A DNA stretch of 43,315 nucleotides from Phyllobacteriaceae bacterium (GTDB taxonomy: Bacteria; Pseudomonadota; Alphaproteobacteria; Rhizobiales; Devosiaceae), in the NCBI GenBank assembly GCA_012799265.1, contig JAAZLP010000073.1, forward strand, positions 1 through 43,315, given 5' to 3'. Positions 36,767-43,315 of this stretch are shown here, in pieces; the first letter of the stretch is position 1; every line of letters begins with the position of its first letter. The position numbers were made by a program, and so were the translations under genes. The notes beneath the pieces are model-generated. The model was given only the letters and a program-made list of their open reading frames with translations, did no database searches and was not told the origin of the DNA.

Positions 36767-38113
36767 TTAGCGATGCGCCCAGTCCGGCAGCATAGTGCCG
36801 TGGGCCGCAATCAGATCATCCACGAGCGTCCAGATTTGGTCGAGATCGAGTTCTGCCGCCGTGTGTGGGTCCATCATGGCGGCATGGTAGATGTGCTCGC
36901 GCTTTTGCTCCACCAGCGCGCGCACGGTCAGTTCCTGAACGTTGATATTGGTTCGGATCAGAGCTGTTAGCTGTGGCGGCAGCTCGCCCACAAAGGTGGG
37001 CTGGATACCATTGTTGTCAACGAGGCACGGGACCTCGACAGCGGCAGCATCCGGCAGCGAAGTGATGACCCCATTATTGCGCAGGTTTCCGTAGATGACT
37101 GAAGGTTCACCGGTCCAGACCGAGTTTACGATGGAGCTTGCATACTCCTTCGACTGGCGTACTTCGATCCGATCCGCCTGGCGGTAGTTTTCAGAGGTGC
37201 GCTTCCAGCCCTCGATCTGTTCGATGCATCGTTTGGGATATTCGTCGAGCGGAATGCCAAATTTCTCGATCAGATCATCGCGCCCATCCTTGATGAAGTA
37301 TGGCGTATATTCCGCGAAGTGCTCGGAGCTTTCCGTGACGAAGTAGCCGAGCCGCTTCATCATTTCATAGCGCACCTTGTTGGGGCAGCGCGGGTTCCAG
37401 CCCGGCTTGGGCGCTGTGCCCTCAGCATAGGCGCGGTGGAGATCGGGGTAGAGATCGCGGTAGCTGCCGTCCGGCTGACGATGCTCGAAGGTAAGGAAAA
37501 AGGCCATGTGGTTGATGCCGGCCGACTTATAGCGAATTTCCTCATAGGGAAGGCCCAGATCATTCGCCAGTTCATGGGCAGTGCCCTGCACCGAGTGACA
37601 AAGCCCGACCTGCTTGATAGTCGGGTATTTCTCGGCAATGGCCCAGGTGTTGATGGCCATAGGGTTCACATATTGCAGCATGACAGCGGCTGGCGCGACC
37701 TCGAGCATGTCCTCACAGATGGCCCATAGGTGAGGCACCGTCCGCAGCCCGCGCATGATCCCGCCAACACCCAGTGTGTCGGCTATGGTGTGACGCAGCC
37801 CGAACTTCTTTGGCACTTCGAAGTCGATAATTGTCGACGGCTCATAGCCGCCGATCTGGAAACAGACGACCACGAAATTCGTGCCATCCAGAGCCTGACG
37901 CTGGTCGGAGAAGGTAGCCACCGTGGCGGGGACGCCGAGCGTCGAGATCAGCTTGCGGGCGATGATTTCGCTCTCTTCCAACCGTGCCGGATTGATATCC
38001 ATGAGGCGAATTTCGGCCCCTGCCAGGGCCGGACGCTGAAGGATGTCGCCGACGATGTTTTTCATGAACACCGACGACCCGGCACCGATGAACGTAATCT
38101 TTGGGCTGGACAT
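36767..38113 (-). CDS. melA: Family 4 glycoside hydrolase, alpha-galactosidase
   Basis: KITFIGAGS, FQIGGY, TIADTLG.GGIMRGLRT, YVNPMA, GLCHSVQGT, AGINHMA, FVTESSEHFAEY and HAAMMDPHTAAEL. Confidence 0.92.
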   Translation of the reverse strand: MSSPKITFIGAGSSVFMKNIVGDILQRPALAGAEIRLMDINPARLEESEIIARKLISTLGVPATVATFSDQRQALDGTNFVVVCFQIGGYEPSTIIDFEVPKKFGLRHTIADTLGVGGIMRGLRTVPHLWAICEDMLEVAPAAVMLQYVNPMAINTWAIAEKYPTIKQVGLCHSVQGTAHELANDLGLPYEEIRYKSAGINHMAFFLTFEHRQPDGSYRDLYPDLHRAYAEGTAPKPGWNPRCPNKVRYEMMKRLGYFVTESSEHFAEYTPYFIKDGRDDLIEKFGIPLDEYPKRCIEQIEGWKRTSENYRQADRIEVRQSKEYASSIVNSVWTGEPSVIYGNLRNNGVITSLPDAAAVEVPCLVDNNGIQPTFVGELPPQLTALIRTNINVQELTVRALVEQKREHIYHAAMMDPHTAAELDLDQIWTLVDDLIAAHGTMLPDWAHR

Positions 38114-38240
38114 GGACTTCCTCCTCCGACCGATTGCTCACCGGCCTGCCTTGTTCGCGTGATGCTATCGCAGCGACGGCAGCATTCAATCCAGCTGCAA
38201 CGCCAAATTGCGGAATTAAGAAGTTCGCGCCGACAAGAAG

Positions 38241-38262
38241 AAGGCGGGATCGCTCCCGCCTT
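38241..38262 (-). terminator. Probable terminator of the multicopper oxidase gene
   Basis: AAGGCGGGA-tcgc-TCCCGCCTT stem just past the stop codon, followed on the minus strand by CTTCTTGT. Confidence 0.6.
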
Positions 38263-38269
38263 TCTGAAC

Positions 38270-39733
38270 TTACACCACTTCGACAATGCCCATCATGCCG
38301 TGATCCTCATGAAAGAGGAGGTGGCAGTGGTAGACAAACTTGCCAGTGAAATCGAGGAAGCGATGGCGAATGGTAAGAGAGCCGTTTGGAGGCAGCCCGC
38401 GGGTATCCTCGAAGCTTAGAACCTCATCCACCGGCACGCCGTTGACGGCCACCACCTGGAAGTCGTTCACATGGATATGGAAGGGGTGCCAGTCGGGGGA
38501 GTCATTGTAGATGACCCATTCCTCGAAGGCCCCCAGTTGAACGGTCTGATCAACGCGGCCCATATCGACCTGCTTGCCATCTATTAGGAAACGCGTTCCG
38601 CCCGGCTGGCTGCGATCAACTGAGAAGCGGATTTCCCGCGTACGGTCGACCGGCATTCCGCGCAAGTCTTCGCTTAGCGGGAGCAGAGCTGTGGGGATGA
38701 CATGATCGGTCACGGCCTCGCCCTCAACGACAAGCGTCGCAAGCAGCTCGTCGGGTTCATACTGGCGCTCCGAGCCAAGCCAGAGCATCTTGCGCAGCTC
38801 CCACGAACCAAGGAACTGATGGCCCTTGACGAGAACGTCGGCCCGGCAGCCCGGCTCGATCAGGAGGCGCTCCAGCTTTTCAACGCGCGTCATCGCGTTG
38901 CCGTCCTTGGATATCTGGTAGAGCGGATGCCCCTCCATGCCGATCATCAGGTATGTCTCGGAGGTCGCATTTACGAGCCGCCAGCGCTGCACTTCCCCCG
39001 GCCGGATACGCAAGGTCGGGTTGATCTGGCCGTTCACCGTGCGCGTCTGGAAGTGCATTTCCTGATCGTCCGCAGGGACGATCGTGTTGCTGTCATCAAA
39101 CTGGACTGACTGAATTACCAGAAGTTGATCGACGCGACCCTTTATGCCCTCAAGTTCGTCGAGGCCGCCCTCGATGATGAGCGCACCAGCAAGTCCACCT
39201 GACACCTGCGAGAAGGTCAGCCCATGCACATGCGGATGATACCAATATGTCCCTGATGGATGGTCCTCAGGGATCTTGATCTCATAGTCGAAAGTCTCGC
39301 CTGGCTGGATCACCAGGAAGACATTGTCGCTGTTGCCTGACGGCGAGACATGCAGCCCATGGGTGTGCAGGTTGGAGGCATCCGCAAGATCGTTAATGAA
39401 CTTGATGCGGAGGGTGTCGCCCGGCTGCGCCATGAGCGTTGGCCCCGGATAGGAGCCCTCAAACGTCATCGCCGTTGCTCTTTGTCCATCAATATCGGTG
39501 GGACCATAAGAAAGGCGCAGCGTCGTCTCGAGCACACCATTCACGGAGCGCCGTACTTCCGGGAAACGGAGCTCGTCCCCGGTGACCTGCGCAACAGAGC
39601 GGCCCAGCTTCTTTTCGACCGCCGCCACCTCGTGATGACCGTGATGCTGGCCGAGTGCCTGTGTGCTGACCGATGCTGCCGCCAGCGCGCTACCGGCGGT
39701 GAGTAGACGCCGACGACTGATAGAATTGACCAT
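38270..39733 (-). CDS. Tat-exported three-domain multicopper oxidase
   Basis: Twin-arginine signal SRRRLL. All four copper motifs are present: HTHG, WYHPH, HPFHIH and HCHLLFHEDHGM (axial Met). A short His-rich patch HHGHH follows the signal peptide. Confidence 0.92.
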   Translation of the reverse strand: MVNSISRRRLLTAGSALAAASVSTQALGQHHGHHEVAAVEKKLGRSVAQVTGDELRFPEVRRSVNGVLETTLRLSYGPTDIDGQRATAMTFEGSYPGPTLMAQPGDTLRIKFINDLADASNLHTHGLHVSPSGNSDNVFLVIQPGETFDYEIKIPEDHPSGTYWYHPHVHGLTFSQVSGGLAGALIIEGGLDELEGIKGRVDQLLVIQSVQFDDSNTIVPADDQEMHFQTRTVNGQINPTLRIRPGEVQRWRLVNATSETYLMIGMEGHPLYQISKDGNAMTRVEKLERLLIEPGCRADVLVKGHQFLGSWELRKMLWLGSERQYEPDELLATLVVEGEAVTDHVIPTALLPLSEDLRGMPVDRTREIRFSVDRSQPGGTRFLIDGKQVDMGRVDQTVQLGAFEEWVIYNDSPDWHPFHIHVNDFQVVAVNGVPVDEVLSFEDTRGLPPNGSLTIRHRFLDFTGKFVYHCHLLFHEDHGMMGIVEVV

Positions 39734-39969
39734 ATGATCCCTCAAAATTCTGAAGCGCCGTAGTCATATGGGAGAGATCAGGATTCGGCTTCCCAAAATC
39801 CGCGCACTGAACGGCCTTTAGCAAAGCGCATCAGGCGTCCTCGGTCAGGGACGGTTGGGCATCGCTCGTGGGAATGGTTCGCTGCGGTGACCCCCTTCCT
39901 CGCAGTGCCGTGGAGGTTTCCTGCCGCTACAATGGCCTTGGCCGCTTTGACGACAAGCCTCAAGCAAGC

Positions 39970-40200
39970 TCAATGCACGTCATGTATGTCGACCCGCGTC
40001 GCATTGCTGGAAAGCAGGAAGGATAACACCGGACGCTCCTGTTCCAGTGGCAGGGCGATGCGAAGGGCGGACGTGGGACCGTCGAACTCAAACATGATCG
40101 AGTGGGCGTCGAGCCCCTGCTGGATGAGCGCGGCACGCGCTTGAGATGCGTCCGCATGCTGGGCGAAATGCACCAACGCAATTCTGGAACGGCTAGGCAT
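39970..40200 (-). CDS. Small hypothetical protein
   Basis: 76-aa ORF starting 8 bp after the fixK-like stop on the same strand. Amphipathic beta-alpha pattern (IALVHF..HADASQARAALIQQG). No family recognised. Confidence 0.4.
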   Translation of the reverse strand: MPSRSRIALVHFAQHADASQARAALIQQGLDAHSIMFEFDGPTSALRIALPLEQERPVLSFLLSSNATRVDIHDVH

Positions 40201-40208
40201 GCAAAGTC

Positions 40209-40877
40209 TCAGTGCAGGGTCTCGCATTCGGCCAGATCGCGCAGCCGAGCGATGTCGCGAATGACAAAACTACCACGATTGGGAAGGTCGATGATGCCGC
40301 GCGTGCGCAGCTTGGTCATGTTGCGGCTGACCGTTTCGATCGTGAGAGCGAGGTGATCGGCAATATCGGCCCGGCACATGGGCAATTCGATCCGCTGGTC
40401 GTTTTCCTGCTTGCCAGCGCGGCCAGCAAGCGAAAGCAGAAAGCCGGCAAGCCGCTCCATTGCGGATTTGCGGCATAATAGTTCCGACCGGTCATGCATG
40501 CTGGCAATCTCGCCCGCGGCCATGGTCAGGAGCTTCTCCCCCAGCTCCGGTCGATTGCGAATGGCCCTCATGATGTCACCCCGTGCCGTCACCTGCACTT
40601 TACCAGGCGTCAGCGCATCACAATCGAACCTGTAGGTATCCCCGTGGCCGAAGCCGATAATGTCCCCCGGATAAGCAAAGGCGACCACCTGGCGGCGGCC
40701 ATCGGGAAAGACCTTGCTCGCCCGAAACACTCCCGTCACCACCTCGTAGAGCGCTTCGGCATCGTCGCCTTCATGAAACAATACCGTCGTCGCCCCGACC
40801 ACTCGTCCTGGTTCATAGGAGACATGACGCATCGGCGTGTTTAGGCCTGGTGCTGCGGCATTGGGGAACAGGTACAT
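40209..40877 (-). CDS. fixK: Crp/Fnr-family regulator, FixK-like
   Basis: cNMP-like domain (LFHEGD, DGRRQVVAFAYPGDIIG) and HTH RADIADHLALTIETVSR. No N-terminal Cys cluster. ATG 40877 follows GGAG. Confidence 0.8.
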   Translation of the reverse strand: MYLFPNAAAPGLNTPMRHVSYEPGRVVGATTVLFHEGDDAEALYEVVTGVFRASKVFPDGRRQVVAFAYPGDIIGFGHGDTYRFDCDALTPGKVQVTARGDIMRAIRNRPELGEKLLTMAAGEIASMHDRSELLCRKSAMERLAGFLLSLAGRAGKQENDQRIELPMCRADIADHLALTIETVSRNMTKLRTRGIIDLPNRGSFVIRDIARLRDLAECETLH

Positions 40878-40944
40878 AATGAACTCCGGCTTGCTTGGGG
40901 CAAACGGAATTGACCATGGCAACGTAATCGGCCTATCCGGTAAT

Positions 40945-40960
40945 TGTAACAGATTGTAAC
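40945..40960 (-). promoter_or_regulatory. K-box (FxkR binding site) GTTACA-N4-GTTACA
   Basis: Minus strand reads GTTACA-ATCT-GTTACA, an exact direct repeat 68 bp upstream of the fixK-like start. Confidence 0.85.
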
Positions 40961-40981
40961 GGCACCACTTCCAGAGCCTCG

Positions 40982-41695
40982 ATGTCCCAAGGCCCCCAGC
41001 ATATCCTCGTCGTCGACGACGACGCACAGATTCGCCGCATGCTGCGACGGTGTCTGGAGGATGAGGGTTTTGCTGTCAGTGAATCGACCGACGGCAGCAA
41101 CATCGACGCGGCCCTGCTTGGGGCCATAGACCTCGTTACTCTCGATCTCAATCTGGGGCGTGCCGATGGTCTCGCCGTCGCGCGCCATATTCGCCACCTT
41201 TCCGAAGTGCCGATCATCATGATCACCGGCAAAGGCGATATGATCGACCGCATCGTCGGGCTTGAACTGGGCGCTGACGACTATATCGCCAAACCGTTCC
41301 ACCTGCGCGAAGTGCTGGCCCGCATCCGTAGCGTTTTGCGACGCAGCGCCAGTGCGGCGCCCCGGGCGTTGGCTGACAACGTCATTCGGTTCGATGGCTT
41401 CACCCTCGATGAATCAAGACGCTCCCTGACCGGACCCGATGGCAACAACATTGAACTGACGACCGGCGAGTTTGATCTGCTGTTGGTCTTTGCCCGCCAT
41501 GCCCATCAGGTGCTTGACCGCGACCGGATCCTCGATCTGCTTAAGGGCCAGAACTGGACCCCTAATGATCGAAGCATCGACAATCAGGTCGCTCGCCTGC
41601 GTAAGCTGATCGAGACCGACACGCGCCATCCGCGCCTGATCAAGACTGTGCGTGGCGCCGGTTACAGTTTCACGCCCGAAAAGATCGAGCGCTAG
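40982..41695 (+). CDS. fxkR: OmpR/PhoB-family response regulator, FxkR-like
   Basis: Receiver (VVDDD, LDLNL, GLELGADDYIAKPF) plus wHTH (DRSIDNQVARLRK, IKTVRGAGY). Sits between fixK-like and hybrid fixL genes next to a K-box. Symbol is assigned from context. Confidence 0.78.
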   Translation: MSQGPQHILVVDDDAQIRRMLRRCLEDEGFAVSESTDGSNIDAALLGAIDLVTLDLNLGRADGLAVARHIRHLSEVPIIMITGKGDMIDRIVGLELGADDYIAKPFHLREVLARIRSVLRRSASAAPRALADNVIRFDGFTLDESRRSLTGPDGNNIELTTGEFDLLLVFARHAHQVLDRDRILDLLKGQNWTPNDRSIDNQVARLRKLIETDTRHPRLIKTVRGAGYSFTPEKIER

Positions 41696-41701
41696 CAACG
41701 C

Positions 41702-43246
41702 CTACCGCTCGAGGACCTCGGCAATTGCGCGCGACAGATCGGCAAGGCGATAGGGTTTGCTCAAGACCTTCAAATGCGCGATGGCGTCCTCGTCCCGGCG
41801 CACCAGTTCGTCGGCATAGCCCGAGGTCAGCAACACCTTCATGCCCGGCCAGTTCTCGGCGACACGATGCGCCAACTCATAGCCGGACATGCCACCGGGC
41901 ATGACCAGATCGGTGAACACCAGGTCGATTGTGGCGCCACTCTGCAGCACAGTCAGCGCTTCAAGCGCGTCACCAGCCACCAGCGTTGCGAAGCCCAATT
42001 CTTCCAGTCTCGCGACCGTCAGCCTGCGCACCCGGGCATCGTCTTCAACCACCAGGATCGTCTTGCCGGTATCGGGCCGCAGCGTCTCGCTCTCGCCGTC
42101 ATCCGACACAGCTGGTCCGCCATGCCGCGGCAGATAGATATTGACCGTCGTGCCGCGCCCAACCTCACTATAGATCGTGGCATGGCCACCTGACTGCTTG
42201 GCAAAGCCATAGATCATCGAAAGACCGAGGCCCGTGCCACGCCCTGTGTCCTTTGTCGTGAAGAACGGCTCGAAAGCCCTCTCTCGCACATCGGCGGGCA
42301 TGCCCTGCCCCGTGTCAGCGACACTGAGCCGGACATAGTCGCCTGGCTGCAAGTCATCGAGATGATCCGACATCGTCGCATCGACGCTAACATTACTCGT
42401 TTCGATGATAAGGCGCCCACCCTCCGGCATCGCATCCCGCGCATTCACTGCAAGGTTGACGATTGCGCTCTCCACCTGTGAGGGGTCGACCCGGGTCGAC
42501 CACAGGCGGGGTGTCAAAGCGTTTGAGAGAGAGATCGTGGATCCCAGCGTCCGGTGCAGCATGTCCGTGAGACCGAGCACGAAATCGTTGAGATTGACGA
42601 CCTCCGGCTCGAGATGGGACCGTCGCGCAAAAGCCAGCAATCGCCCGGTCAGCCGCGCCCCTATATCTGCCGCTTCCAGCGCCTCTGTTGCCAGCTCACG
42701 CTGCGCCGACGTTGTGAGACGGCTTTCAAGCATTTCGAGATTGCCGATAATTACTGTCAGCAGATTATTGAAATCATGCGCGATGCCGCCCGTGAGCTGC
42801 CCCATGGCCTCCATCTTCTGGGCCTGGCGCAACGCCTGCTCGGTAGCCTTCTGATTGGACAGGTCGTGAATAATGCCGGTGAAATAGACCCGCCCATCCA
42901 TCTCGAATTCACTGACAGCCAGATGCATCGGAAATTCCGATCCGTCGCGTCGGCGCCCGGTCACTTCGCGCCCGATGCCGATGATCTTGCGCGCACCCGT
43001 CCGGCGATAGTTGGCGATATAGCCGTCATGGGCCGAATGGTATGGCTCCGGCATGAGGAAATGCACATTCCGCCCGATGAAGTCCGCCTCATCATAGCCA
43101 AACAGACGCGCCGTAGCGGGATTGACCGTCGTGATCAGGCCGTCGCCATCGATCGTGATTATCGCGTCGAGCGCGGATTCCAGAATGGCCGTGAGCTTCT
43201 TCGCCTGGCCAAGGAGGGCGGTGGAATCTTGACTAAAATCGGTCAC
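41702..43246 (-). CDS. fixL: Hybrid FixL: heme-PAS, histidine kinase and receiver domains
   Basis: FixL heme-PAS motif [53 protein letters not shown]-box [30 protein letters not shown] and a C-terminal receiver (DLVMPG). Confidence 0.88.
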   Translation of the reverse strand: MTDFSQDSTALLGQAKKLTAILESALDAIITIDGDGLITTVNPATARLFGYDEADFIGRNVHFLMPEPYHSAHDGYIANYRRTGARKIIGIGREVTGRRRDGSEFPMHLAVSEFEMDGRVYFTGIIHDLSNQKATEQALRQAQKMEAMGQLTGGIAHDFNNLLTVIIGNLEMLESRLTTSAQRELATEALEAADIGARLTGRLLAFARRSHLEPEVVNLNDFVLGLTDMLHRTLGSTISLSNALTPRLWSTRVDPSQVESAIVNLAVNARDAMPEGGRLIIETSNVSVDATMSDHLDDLQPGDYVRLSVADTGQGMPADVRERAFEPFFTTKDTGRGTGLGLSMIYGFAKQSGGHATIYSEVGRGTTVNIYLPRHGGPAVSDDGESETLRPDTGKTILVVEDDARVRRLTVARLEELGFATLVAGDALEALTVLQSGATIDLVFTDLVMPGGMSGYELAHRVAENWPGMKVLLTSGYADELVRRDEDAIAHLKVLSKPYRLADLSRAIAEVLER

Positions 43247-43315
43247 GAGCGGTTCGCCTGCTTGTTACTAGACACTAAAGCAAATGCAACTTCACCGAGT
43301 GTCGTGTCATCCTAG

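Noticed and set aside
40891-40922. Two TTG-N7-CAA elements upstream of fixK as possible FNR/FixK boxes
   Set aside because: The spacing is one base short of TTGAT-N4-ATCAA and the inner bases do not match.
1-43315. CRISPR arrays, tRNA/rRNA genes, IS elements, integrases or island-flanking direct repeats
   Set aside because: None recognised by eye. The HGT inference for the F420 operon therefore rests on gene family distribution, not on mobility signatures or computed composition.

Overview
GC-rich alphaproteobacterial chromosome segment. Gene content suggests Hyphomicrobiales, possibly Devosia-like (inference). From left to right: end of a yejABEF-type peptide ABC locus with a downstream solute-binding protein; tamB/tamA; a YdfG-type SDR; a NarX/NarL-type two-component pair; an Ldh_2 oxidoreductase; fabV; epmB-epmA/efp; two general-stress genes behind a perfect sigma-EcfG promoter; a CE7 esterase; a degenerate HNH-like ORF; and a GntR plus ytfQRT-yjfF sugar ABC transporter. 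The standout region is 27.6-36.7 kb: a nucleoside hydrolase, an LLM/FAD-oxidase fusion, an actinobacterial-style F420 salvage operon (fgd, cofE, F420-0-type ABC transporter) and a Mer-like F420-dependent LLM. Three of its promoters carry the same RutR-type palindrome (TTGAYC-N4-GRTCAA). I infer a cofactor-scavenging, F420H2-driven pyrimidine/nucleoside catabolic regulon; no de novo F420 synthesis genes occur in the window. The right end holds melA, a Tat multicopper oxidase and a hybrid FixL-FxkR-FixK oxygen-sensing cascade with an exact K-box. No rRNA, tRNA, CRISPR array or transposase was seen. Family assignments come from motif recognition and recall, not from database searches.
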